The translations under genes and the position numbers were made by a program. Of a stretch of DNA of 64,000 bases, positions 30,406-40,079 are shown piece after piece. The notes under the pieces were generated by a model, which had not been told where the DNA came from, ran no database searches, and worked only from the letters and a program-made list of their open reading frames with translations. The stretch is from Clostridia bacterium. Lineage in GTDB: Bacteria > Bacillota > Clostridia > TANB77 > CAG-508. The DNA lies in assembly GCA_900770415.1 (NCBI GenBank), contig CAAGKN010000026.1, positions 109,955 to 173,954 on the forward strand. The letters run 5' to 3'. Position 1 is the stretch's first letter. Every line of letters begins with the position of its first letter.

Positions 30406-31707
30406 TTAGTGTTCATATATATTTCCTATATCTGTCCTATAATCTAATTTCTCATCTATGTTTCCTTTTATTGCATTATATACTTTTTCCTTTGCTTCTT
30501 GTAAAGATTTTGCTGATGTTGTTAAACCAAATAATCTAGAATTGCTTACTGATGAATATTTATTACCTTCTAAATGCTTAGTGTTTGCAAAATATATTTT
30601 TACTCCTTGTTTTTCTATTGCTTCTCTACTTATTGTAAATATCAAAGGTTCTTTTCTACTTTCTACTGCATATTCTTTTGTAACTATGTATACTGTAAAA
30701 GTACATTCTTTTTTGAATTTGCAGTTTTCTGTGCTTAATGTTTTGTTAAATATATTCTTCATTACATCTGTAAATGAAGTTTCTAATGAATTTAAAACAT
30801 TTAGTGCTTCTGGATCCCCAAATCTAGAATTGAATTCTATAAATTTAATTCCATTTTTTGTTTTAAAGAATCCACCATATATAACTCCATTAAATTCTAA
30901 ATTATCTTTATTTATATATTTTAATGTTTCTTTTATTAAATTGCTACATTCGTCTATGTCTTTTTGCTCTAAGAATGGTAGCATTCCATTTTCAAAACTT
31001 AGGCAACCCATTCCGCCTGTTCCTGGTCCCTTATCTTCATTAAATCTATATGGATAGTCAAATGTTGTTGGAGTAACTACAATATTTTCTCCATCTGTTA
31101 ATGCCATTACAGTGAATTCTCTTCCTTCTATTTTGTCTTGAATAATTACATTTCCACTTATTTCCAAACAGCTTTTTGCATACTCAAACCCTTCGTCTTT
31201 CCCCTTAAAATTTATTCCTCCAACTTTTACTCCTTTTCCGCCTGTAAGTCCTTCTGGTTTTACAACAAAGCTATCATCATTATATGAATCTATTATATTT
31301 TTTAATTCTTCTATGCTTGTTATATTATAATTTTTTATTATCATTTCTGGAGCTAATTTTTCTACTATGTTCAATGCGTAAGTTTTGCTCCATTCTATTT
31401 TAGCTCCTTTTGATGTTGGTCCAAATGTTTTTAATCCTAGTTCTCTTGCAACATCTATTAATCCGTCTTGTAATAAATTATCACTACTTATTAAACATAC
31501 TTCAATATTATTTTCTTTTATAAATTCTGAAACTATCTCTTTGTTAAATGGATCTGCTACAATATATTTGCCTCCTGATCTATTTACCATTTCTATAATG
31601 CTTGGATTCTCATAAGGACATACTGTATACAAACTATAGCCTTTGCTAATATATTCTGCTAGTACTGCTTCTCTTCCACCATTACCTAGTAATAAACATT
31701 TTTCCAT
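30406..31707 (-). CDS. purD: Phosphoribosylamine-glycine ligase
   Basis: ATP-grasp layout: LLLGNGGRE N-terminus, GLTGGKGV, GPGTGGMGC, EFNSRFGDPE. Confidence 0.9.
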   Translation of the reverse strand: MEKCLLLGNGGREAVLAEYISKGYSLYTVCPYENPSIIEMVNRSGGKYIVADPFNKEIVSEFIKENNIEVCLISSDNLLQDGLIDVARELGLKTFGPTSKGAKIEWSKTYALNIVEKLAPEMIIKNYNITSIEELKNIIDSYNDDSFVVKPEGLTGGKGVKVGGINFKGKDEGFEYAKSCLEISGNVIIQDKIEGREFTVMALTDGENIVVTPTTFDYPYRFNEDKGPGTGGMGCLSFENGMLPFLEQKDIDECSNLIKETLKYINKDNLEFNGVIYGGFFKTKNGIKFIEFNSRFGDPEALNVLNSLETSFTDVMKNIFNKTLSTENCKFKKECTFTVYIVTKEYAVESRKEPLIFTISREAIEKQGVKIYFANTKHLEGNKYSSVSNSRLFGLTTSAKSLQEAKEKVYNAIKGNIDEKLDYRTDIGNIYEH

Positions 31708-31727
31708 TTTGGATTCCTCCTAATTTT

Positions 31728-31823
31728 ACAGATTGGGATTTTGTTGGACTAAATTTATTTTGGGCTTGTAGGGGTCGCAATAAATCACATCTCCCACATC
31801 AATTAAACAAATTCCAATTTGTC
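31728..31823. mobile_element. MITE-like repeat, best-delimited copy (96 bp)
   Basis: TIRs ACAGATTGGGATTTTG / CAAATTCCAATTTGTC. Internal AAATTTATTTTGGGCTTGTAGGGGTCGC half-hairpin and CACATCAATTAAA core. Starts 8 nt upstream of the purD RBS. Confidence 0.6.
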
Positions 31824-31984
31824 TATTTAATTATTTATATTCTATCAATATAGATAATTTTTTTCAATATATATTTAAAATCAGATGTAACAAATTTGTA
31901 ATATAAGTTTAATGATTTTGAAATATTTTTTTAGTCTTTATGTTATATAATAATTGTGTACCAAAGATTTAAAAGGAGTTACGG

Positions 31985-33112
31985 ATGAGTACTAATTCTA
32001 GACTAAAAAAAGAAGGTATAGAAATTGTAGAACAATTAGATACCTTAAAAGTTAATACAATTGCAATTAGTATAGCAAGTAAATTATGTCTCGCTTTTCC
32101 AGAACACAATTTGAATAAAAGCGAGTTGTTTACGTCTCTTTCTAGAATTAATATGTATATTGCAAAAATGCCAGGAGATTCATCAGGTGCAAAATATTTC
32201 TATAAAAATAATTCTATATACTTTAATGAAGAAACCGACTTAGATGAGATGGCAAAACTTGCAATGCATGAATGCATACACTATATTCAAGAATTTAGAG
32301 ATGCAAATAATAATTTAGTTAAAATGGGCTTGTATAATTGTACTTTTAATTCTGGACTTGGCATTAATGAGGCTGCTGTCCAACTAATGGCTTCAGAAGC
32401 TAATATGTGTTCTTCTACATCAGAAACTTATTATAATGTTTCTTTGAACACAATTAGTCCAAATTATTATCCTCTAGAATGTGCTTTAGTTAACCAAATG
32501 GCCTATTTTACAGGTACATATCCACTATTTCATAGTACTTTAAACAGTAATGACGTTTTTAAAAATACTTTTATTTTAAAGTCTAATAAAAGAGCTTATA
32601 ACACAATTGTTAAAAATATAGATTTACTTCTAGCTTACGAAAACGATTTAAACTATTTTGCAAATGAACTTCAATATGCTAGTAAAGTAAACGAAATAAA
32701 ATTATTAAACAAACTAATTACTTCAAAAAAAGAAAGCATAACTTCAACATTCTTTAAAACTCAAAACTTAATTATTGAAAGTTGCTTTGTTTCTGAATTT
32801 AATAGCATTAGAAATTTAGATGATATAAAAGATTATAAGAGAAAATTATATAATTTTAAAAATATAATGGGCTCTAATGAGAACTACACTTTTTACAATG
32901 AATTCTACCGCAAAATTATGGAAAGCCTTGAGGAAAAGAAAGAACAGATAGAGCAATTTGGTGAGATAAACTTATTTGAAACATCAGAAAATAGTTTAGT
33001 TTTAGTTGATAACACAAAACGCGCTTTATCTTTTGTTTCTACTTTCTTTGTAAAAGTAAAAAAATTATTTGGATTTAATAAATCTAGGGATACAATTAAT
33101 AATTTATATTAA
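31985..33112 (+). CDS. Hypothetical protein with HExxH motif (possible metallopeptidase)
   Basis: AMHECIHYIQE. AAGGAG RBS. No other assignable domain. Confidence 0.45.
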   Translation: MSTNSRLKKEGIEIVEQLDTLKVNTIAISIASKLCLAFPEHNLNKSELFTSLSRINMYIAKMPGDSSGAKYFYKNNSIYFNEETDLDEMAKLAMHECIHYIQEFRDANNNLVKMGLYNCTFNSGLGINEAAVQLMASEANMCSSTSETYYNVSLNTISPNYYPLECALVNQMAYFTGTYPLFHSTLNSNDVFKNTFILKSNKRAYNTIVKNIDLLLAYENDLNYFANELQYASKVNEIKLLNKLITSKKESITSTFFKTQNLIIESCFVSEFNSIRNLDDIKDYKRKLYNFKNIMGSNENYTFYNEFYRKIMESLEEKKEQIEQFGEINLFETSENSLVLVDNTKRALSFVSTFFVKVKKLFGFNKSRDTINNLY

Positions 33113-33156
33113 CAAAATGGGGAAAAAGTGGTCTGACCCCTTTTTCCCCATTTTGT
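33113..33156. terminator. Bidirectional terminator
   Basis: CAAAATGGGGAAAAAG ... CTTTTTCCCCATTTTG long stem between convergent genes. Confidence 0.7.
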
Positions 33157-33164
33157 TATTTTTT

Positions 33165-33710
33165 TCATATCAACTGTTTTACTTTTTTTAAGTCGTTCCA
33201 GAAGTCTATTTTTTTTGCTTCATCTCTTAATAGTGCTGCTGGATGAAATGTTGGCAAATATTTTATTCCGTCTTTTTTAAACCATTTTCCTCTGCTTGAT
33301 GTTATTCCATATTCTTTGCCTAATATATTTTTTAATGCCACACTTCCTAATAGTATAATTATTTCTGGTTTTACTAGATTAATTTGAGTTTCTAAATATT
33401 CTTTGCAAGCATCTGCTTCTTCGTATTCTGGATTTCTATTGTTTGGAGGCCTACACTTTACTATGTTTGCTATATATACTTCTTCTCTTTTTATTCCTAT
33501 CCCTTCAAAAGCCTTGTCCATTAATTTGCCAGCTTTCCCTACAAAAGGTATCCCTTGCAAATCCTCGTCTGCACCTGGTCCTTCTCCTATAAACATTATT
33601 TTTGCATTTCTATTTCCTGTGCCTATTACCACATTATGCCTGTTTGCACAGAGTTTACATTTGTTGCAATTTTTACATGCTTCTTCTAATTCTTCCCATG
33701 TTTGATACAT
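33165..33710 (-). CDS. Uracil-DNA glycosylase, family 4
   Basis: N-terminal CxxCxxCxLC, FIGEGPGADED, FVGKAG, HPAALLR motifs. Confidence 0.85.
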   Translation of the reverse strand: MYQTWEELEEACKNCNKCKLCANRHNVVIGTGNRNAKIMFIGEGPGADEDLQGIPFVGKAGKLMDKAFEGIGIKREEVYIANIVKCRPPNNRNPEYEEADACKEYLETQINLVKPEIIILLGSVALKNILGKEYGITSSRGKWFKKDGIKYLPTFHPAALLRDEAKKIDFWNDLKKVKQLI

Positions 33711-33723
33711 ATTTTGTTCCTTT

Positions 33724-35104
33724 CTATTTTAAACAAATTAATGCTGTATTTCTTCCTGCCTGTTTTCCTTCTTTTCTATATGAATGAATTATATTACTAT
33801 TACAGTATGTGCAAATTTTGCTATCTATTATATTTTCCTCTAATATTCCTTCTTCTTTTAGTAGTTCTTTATTTATTTCTACTGTGTCTATAAAATAACT
33901 ATTTGTGTTTTTATTAAATTCTATTATTTTATCTATATTTTTCATGTAATTGAATGTATTATAAAATTTGTTTTTTACATCTTCTTGTACTTCAAAATGA
34001 CATTTTCTAATTGTTGGTCCTATTACACAAACAATATCTTTTGGATTAGAATTAAATTCTTTTTTCATTTGAATTATTGCATGTTTTGCTATCTTTTTAA
34101 TTGTTCCCTGCCATCCTGAATGAATGTTACCTATTATATTTTTTTGTTTATCATATAAATATATTGGTGTGCAATCTGCAAATGTTAAAGAAAGTATTTT
34201 ATTATTTTCTTGTGTTATTAATCCATCTATGTCTTTTAATTCTTGTGGAAATATGCCAACTTCACCACTTATTTTTTTCACGTTGTTTGTATGTGTTTGA
34301 TATGGTCTTACTATGTTGTTACTATCTAATTTTAATAAATTACATATATCATTATAGTTTTTGTTTGCTATATCTTTTATTTCTTTGTAAGTATCATTGC
34401 TTCCCACATCTAATGGTTTTAAAGTAAAACAATGTTTAATATTTTTGTAATCTAATAGTTTTTTGAATTGCATATATCTTATGTTTTCATTTTTTATTAT
34501 AACTGTTTCTTTATTAAATAAATTCTTATTACTTAACAATTCTAAAAAGTCTTTCGCTTCTTTTTCTAAATTTGCATTATTGTTTATTAAAACATAATTT
34601 GAATTTTTAATATATGTATCTTCCGCAAGCTGGCTGTTTAGCCTTTGTTTTGCTGTTTTTTTGTCAACATTATCTCTTTTACAAATTCTATCTATTTTTA
34701 TATCTTCATTTGCTATAACAGAAACTACTATATCACATACTTCATTTAGTTTTGTTTCTATTAAAAGTGGTGCATCTATTATCACTATTCTTTTGGTTTC
34801 TTTTTTCGTTTCTTCTTTAATTTTTTTTGCAATATGTGCGCATGTAATTTTATTTAATTCTTCTCTTTTTTGGTTATCGCTAAAAATTATTTGTGCTAAT
34901 TGAGGTCTGTTTATTTCTTTATTTTCTAATAATATTTCTTGTCCAAATTGTTTTACTATTTCTTTATAATATGGTTCTTCGTATTTTGATAATTCTTTTA
35001 CCATTTGGTCTGCATTTATTAATTTTGCATTTGTTTTTGCACATAATTCTTGGCTAAATAAAGTTTTTCCGCGAACCAGAATTTCCTGTAATTCCTATTA
35101 TCAT
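33724..35104 (-). CDS. coaE: Dephospho-CoA kinase fused to a PgeF/YfiH (DUF152, purine nucleoside phosphorylase/peptidoglycan-editing) domain; needs +1 at CGG 35071
   Basis: MIIGITGNSGS-G-KTLFSQEL (P-loop) ...IIDAPLLIE... then ...HCFTLKP...QTHTN...IHSGWQGT...HSYR. 1381 nt minus 1 = 460 codons. Confidence 0.75.
35068..35071 (-). other. +1 recoding site CGGA (coaE P-loop)
   Basis: GGT TCG C|GGA AAA ACT = G-S-G-K-T (Walker A GxxxxGK[ST]). Confidence 0.65.
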
Positions 35105-35121
35105 ATTTCTTTTCTTCACCT

Positions 35122-35595
35122 CTACATTGTTTGCAATAATTTTGCAACTGCTTTTGGCACATATTTATCTATTTCTTTACTATGTGTATATAGCTCCATA
35201 ACAATGCTTGAAGACAAATAGCCTAAGTCTCCTGCTCTAAAATAACATGTGTCCATTCCCGCTAATTTTTCGTTTATTGCAGATATATTCTCTTCATATT
35301 CGTAATCCGTACCATTTCTTAAGCCTCTAATTAATATGTCACAATTCATTTGTTTTGCTTTTTCTACTGTTAGTCCTTCATAAAGTACTACTTCTACATT
35401 ACTTAATCCTATCTCTTTTATTGTTTCTTCTATTGCTTCTTTCATTTTATTCTTGTCTATACGCTCTGATTTATTTTTATTGTGTCCTATACCTATTATT
35501 ACTTTATCAAAACATCTGGCAGCTTTTTTTACTATTTGCAAGTGTCCATTTGTAAATGGATCAAATGATCCTGCATAAAAACCTATTAATCCCAT
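35122..35595 (-). CDS. coaD: Phosphopantetheine adenylyltransferase
   Basis: YAGSFDPFTNGHL (HxGH-type nucleotidyltransferase), ISSS motif. Confidence 0.9.
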   Translation of the reverse strand: MGLIGFYAGSFDPFTNGHLQIVKKAARCFDKVIIGIGHNKNKSERIDKNKMKEAIEETIKEIGLSNVEVVLYEGLTVEKAKQMNCDILIRGLRNGTDYEYEENISAINEKLAGMDTCYFRAGDLGYLSSSIVMELYTHSKEIDKYVPKAVAKLLQTM

Positions 35596-35613
35596 TTTGT
35601 TTCTCCTTTCGCT

Positions 35614-38600
35614 TTATTGTAAATTATCTAACAATTCTTTTTTTGATTTATTATCTATAAATGAATAGTTATTTACATTTGGATTAAAACAGCATATTGA
35701 TTTATATTCACAATATTTGCATGCTTCTTCTTTTTTTCCTTTGTTGTATGTTGGTTTTATTTCTATATTTCCTTCTAATATTTCTTTTGCTATTTGCTTT
35801 ATTATTTTTTTTACCTTATTTTGCAATAAAGTAAATTGTTCTTTTGTTATTGCATTTGAACGAGAATCCATTATATCTCCATTTTTGTCAAGAGTTACTG
35901 GTATTGTGCTTGAAGCACCTGTTTGTAAGTTTTTATCCATCATTCGTATAATGTTTACATCTGCTAATACCATACCACTCATTCTAAATTGCTTTTTTAA
36001 TTCTTCTTGTATTTGTTCATCTGTTAAATTTCTACTTGCTTTTATTACTGGGTCTATTAAGTTAAAATAAAGCATTCCAACAGGTATATTCTCTGTTTTT
36101 TCTACTGCTGTATCTAAATATGTTAATAATTGTATTTGTGTTCCAGCTTCTAACTCATTTAAATTTATACTTCTATCTGATGATTTATAGTCTATTATTC
36201 TAATGTATTTGCCTTGTTCATTTTGTGCTGTATCTATTCTATCTATTTTACCTGTTATTTCTACATTATCTATTTTTCTTTTAAATTCTATTTCGTTTCC
36301 TGCTATTTCAAAATCGCTATTTTTCATTTGTTGAACTATATATGTTATTGATTGAAGTATTGCTTTTTTTAGTATGTTTGTAAGTACTGCAAACCTTGGT
36401 GTGCTTGTAAATATATAGTTTTTGCTAAGTGAAAGTTTTTCATCGATTATGCTATTTACTATTTCTTTTATTTCTTGGTCTTCTATTGTTTTTATATTTT
36501 TTGTATTTTCAAAAAACTCATCTATTACTTCATGCATAAATGAACCTGTGTCAATTGGTCTTACTACAAATTCTTCTCTTTCTTTTAATTTTAGTCCATA
36601 TTTTAAATGGAAAGAAAATGGGCATTCTCTATATTGTTCAAGCCTTGATACACTTGTTTTTAAAGTGTTTCCATATAGTCTTTTTATATTTTCTTCTGTT
36701 ATTTTTTCTGCATCATTTTTATGTGAAAAACCTTTTATAGCCTCTTTTAATTTAGGCTTCCATTCATCATTTTGCATGTACCAATTATACACAGCAAGCC
36801 AAATTTCATCTATCTCTTTTCCTTGTTTAAAATCTTTAATGTTTGAAAGCATTTGATTAAATGTACTTTCTGCTGTTAAAATACTATCATTTTTACTTAC
36901 TACATCACTTTCTTCTTTTAAATTTTTAAACATCTTTTTTATTCTAGAAATTAGTATAGATTGTCTTTTAGCTTTTTGTTCTTTATCTGTTGATACATAA
37001 GATAAATATAGTTCTTCTTCTGCTGTTGTAAAAGCTCTATATATATTAAATTGGTCTTCATACAAGTTTTCTATTGTTCCTTTTGCAAGTTCAATTCCAT
37101 TTTGTTTTAAATACTTTCTATCTTTATCGTTAAGGAAACCTTCTCCTGAATTAACCGCAGGAAATACGCCATCATTTAAGCCAAGTATAAATACAACTTT
37201 TGCTTTATGGTTTCTAGACCTATCTGTATCTCCTATTATAACTTGATCTATTACTTGAGGTATTTCTCCTAAACTAGAAAATTCTAATCCAACTTTTAAT
37301 ATGTTTTTGTATTGTTTAAAACTCATTTTGTCTTGGCTAAATATTAGCACTATCTCATCAAATATTTGCATAAGAATATTCCAACTAGATTTATACTTAT
37401 TTGCTACATCTTTTCTACCTGCTTGCTCTAATTTTTCTGCTTTTTCTTCTAGTTTTTCTCTTATTTGATTTTCTTCTAAAAATCTATATAGTTTTGTTGT
37501 TATTTCTTCTGCTAGCTTTGATTCATCTAAACTTGTTTTTAGTTTTAATAGTGGTTCTACAATTTTTCTTCTTAACTCGTTTAGCTTTTCTACATCTTTG
37601 TTTAAGCTATCATATTTCCAATCTTCTTTATACCATTTGTTACCTTTTATTCCCCACTTTTTGCAATAGTTTTCTAAATTATATATATCTTCTTTTTCTA
37701 GTGGAAGGAAACCAGTTTTTATATATGCAAGTACTGCATCTTGTGACCAACTTTTTGCATATATTTCTAAAATTGAAAGCACATATTTTACTAAAATATT
37801 TTGGCTTAAATCCTCTTTTTGGTCTATAAATACTGGTATTTCATATTTTTCGAAAATTGCTTTTACTATGTTTGTATATTCATCTATATTTTTTGTAATT
37901 ACCGATATATCTTTATACCTATATTCTTTTTCTCTTACTAATTCTATTATTGTTTTTGCTACATATTCTACTTCTGAATATGGCTGACTAAGCAAGCTTA
38001 TATGTATATTGTTTACTGGTTTTTCATATATTTTATATGGTACTTCATAAATGTTTTTTTCTAAATGTTTTAATTCCTCATTTTTAAATCTATAAGTATT
38101 TTTTAATTCTATATTTTCTTCTAAATTTACATTAACCTCTTGAGCACATTTTATTAATTCTTGAATTACCATTTTATTTTGATAAAAAATATCTTCTTCT
38201 GGCTGTTTTTCTATGTTTATTCCATCTGAACATATTGTAATATCAATCTCTTTGGCCTTTTTTAATAATTCTTTTATTACATTGTATTCTTGTCTTGTAA
38301 AACCAGAAAATTCGTCTATGTAAATATATGAATTATCAAACATACTGCTTTCTTCTATTTTCTTTGCAAGAATTGTAAGTATATCATCTTCGTCTATATA
38401 CTTATTTTGTAATGTTTCCTCATATTTTTTGTATATTGTATTTATATCATTTAATTTTATTTTTAAGTATTCGTCTTCTGTCTCTTTTTGTTTTTGCTCT
38501 AAATCTTCTAGTTTTACATCATGTTTTTTTAGTTCTGTTATAGTCCTTAATACTATATCTATATTTTCGGATGATTTATTTAAAAATTGTAAATCTTTTT

Positions 38601-38907
38601 TATATTTTTCTAATATGTTGCTCACAAGCATTGCCTTACCTGTTTTTGATAAGTTTACCTCTGTAAGTCCTCCAACTTCTGTAAAAATTCTATGTGCCAT
38701 TCTTTTAAATGTTATAACTTCTGCATTTATTACACTATTTTGTTCTAGTGTTTCTAGCAACCTTTTTTCTGTCGAAAATGAAAACTGTTCTGGCACAACA
38801 AGATATATTTTTTGTGCTGTTTTATTATTTATTTGCTCTTTAATTTTGTTTAAGCAGAACTGGCTTTTCCCAGTTCCTGCTCTTCCATAAATCAACCTTA
38901 AACCCAT
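35614..38907 (-). CDS. addB: Helicase-exonuclease AddAB, subunit AddB
   Basis: N-terminal GRAGTGKS, RecB-type nuclease IIDYKS, C-terminal Fe-S cysteines C...CKYCEYKSIC. ATG 38907 preferred. Confidence 0.9.
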   Translation of the reverse strand: MGLRLIYGRAGTGKSQFCLNKIKEQINNKTAQKIYLVVPEQFSFSTEKRLLETLEQNSVINAEVITFKRMAHRIFTEVGGLTEVNLSKTGKAMLVSNILEKYKKDLQFLNKSSENIDIVLRTITELKKHDVKLEDLEQKQKETEDEYLKIKLNDINTIYKKYEETLQNKYIDEDDILTILAKKIEESSMFDNSYIYIDEFSGFTRQEYNVIKELLKKAKEIDITICSDGINIEKQPEEDIFYQNKMVIQELIKCAQEVNVNLEENIELKNTYRFKNEELKHLEKNIYEVPYKIYEKPVNNIHISLLSQPYSEVEYVAKTIIELVREKEYRYKDISVITKNIDEYTNIVKAIFEKYEIPVFIDQKEDLSQNILVKYVLSILEIYAKSWSQDAVLAYIKTGFLPLEKEDIYNLENYCKKWGIKGNKWYKEDWKYDSLNKDVEKLNELRRKIVEPLLKLKTSLDESKLAEEITTKLYRFLEENQIREKLEEKAEKLEQAGRKDVANKYKSSWNILMQIFDEIVLIFSQDKMSFKQYKNILKVGLEFSSLGEIPQVIDQVIIGDTDRSRNHKAKVVFILGLNDGVFPAVNSGEGFLNDKDRKYLKQNGIELAKGTIENLYEDQFNIYRAFTTAEEELYLSYVSTDKEQKAKRQSILISRIKKMFKNLKEESDVVSKNDSILTAESTFNQMLSNIKDFKQGKEIDEIWLAVYNWYMQNDEWKPKLKEAIKGFSHKNDAEKITEENIKRLYGNTLKTSVSRLEQYRECPFSFHLKYGLKLKEREEFVVRPIDTGSFMHEVIDEFFENTKNIKTIEDQEIKEIVNSIIDEKLSLSKNYIFTSTPRFAVLTNILKKAILQSITYIVQQMKNSDFEIAGNEIEFKRKIDNVEITGKIDRIDTAQNEQGKYIRIIDYKSSDRSINLNELEAGTQIQLLTYLDTAVEKTENIPVGMLYFNLIDPVIKASRNLTDEQIQEELKKQFRMSGMVLADVNIIRMMDKNLQTGASSTIPVTLDKNGDIMDSRSNAITKEQFTLLQNKVKKIIKQIAKEILEGNIEIKPTYNKGKKEEACKYCEYKSICCFNPNVNNYSFIDNKSKKELLDNLQ

Positions 38908-38911
38908 TAAT

Positions 38912-39775
38912 TTAAGCTCCCCTTCTCCAATAGAATAAATATTGTTGTGCAATTCCTGCTAAATTACCATATTTTGTTTTGGCTAATTGTTCTATTTCTT
39001 TTTTGTTTATTTTTGTTTCGTCTTCATTTTTTATATATAATTCATTCATAACTCTTCGTACCCAAACATCTATTGGGAATACTTCTAATCGTTTAAGTGT
39101 AGAAAATAGCATTACGCAATCTGCTACTTTTGGCCCTACGCCTGGGAATTCCAACAACTCTTCTCTTAATCTGTTTACATCCTTTTCATCTTCTAATTCA
39201 TTTAGTTTATTAGGATTTTCATTTATTATTTTAGTTGTTTCATATACTCTTACATCTCTAAATCCAAGTCCAAGATTTCTTAAATCTTCTACACTTGCTT
39301 TAGATAATTCTTTAGGTGTTGGGAATGTGTAGTATTCGGTCTTATCCCAAACTATTTTTTTGCCATATTTTTTGGAAATTCTTTCTATTATTCCTTTTAT
39401 TCTAGGAATGTTGTTATTTGCTGATATTATAAATGAAATAAGTGTTTCCCATAAATCTTGATTTAGTATTCTAATTCCCTCGCCATATTTAATGCTAGTT
39501 TTTAAATAATCATCTACATTTGATAATTTGTTTTTTATATTGTCATAATCGGTATCTAAATCAAAATAATCTATGCATTCTTCTTTTATATTTCCTTTGC
39601 ATATCCCTTTAAAAATTATTCTATTATTTTCCTTTTTTACATTAACAACATTTTCTTTAAATATTCCTGTATAGCTTCCATCATCTTGCTTATTCCATCT
39701 AAAGCATTGTCCACATTCAAAAATGTGCTCTGGTTCAAAGGATTTGCAATCTTCTAAAATGTACTCTTGTTCCAT
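38912..39775 (-). CDS. ogg: 8-oxoguanine DNA glycosylase/AP lyase (Ogg, HhH-GPD family)
   Basis: OGG_N-like N-terminus (CGQCFRW), HhH-GPD FPGVGPKVADCVMLF, downstream catalytic-type D (PIDVW). Confidence 0.75.
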   Translation of the reverse strand: MEQEYILEDCKSFEPEHIFECGQCFRWNKQDDGSYTGIFKENVVNVKKENNRIIFKGICKGNIKEECIDYFDLDTDYDNIKNKLSNVDDYLKTSIKYGEGIRILNQDLWETLISFIISANNNIPRIKGIIERISKKYGKKIVWDKTEYYTFPTPKELSKASVEDLRNLGLGFRDVRVYETTKIINENPNKLNELEDEKDVNRLREELLEFPGVGPKVADCVMLFSTLKRLEVFPIDVWVRRVMNELYIKNEDETKINKKEIEQLAKTKYGNLAGIAQQYLFYWRRGA

Positions 39776-39896
39776 AAAATCTCCTCTTTTACAATTGTTA
39801 TTATATCATATTTAGCTTGTTTCTGTATATATTTTAATTGACATTTCAAGTTTATTATATTATTATATTGTATATTTAACTAGAAGGGATGATATT

Positions 39897-40031
39897 ATGG
39901 ACTATAAGTGTGACATTTGTGGATTCGTTTATGATGAAAGCAAAGAAGCAGTTAAATTTGAAGACTTACCAACTGACTGGGTTTGCCCAATTTGCGGTAC
40001 AAGTAAAAATTCTTTTTCTGAAGTAAAATAA
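39897..40031 (+). CDS. Rubredoxin (44 aa), absent from the supplied ORF track
   Basis: MDYKCDICGFVYDE...DLPTDWVCPICGTSK: two CxxCG knuckles. RBS AGAAGGGA. Followed by hairpin 40044..40076. Confidence 0.85.
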   Translation: MDYKCDICGFVYDESKEAVKFEDLPTDWVCPICGTSKNSFSEVK

Positions 40032-40079
40032 ATAAAAATATATAAATAGCTTACAAGTAAAACTTGCAAGCTATTATTT

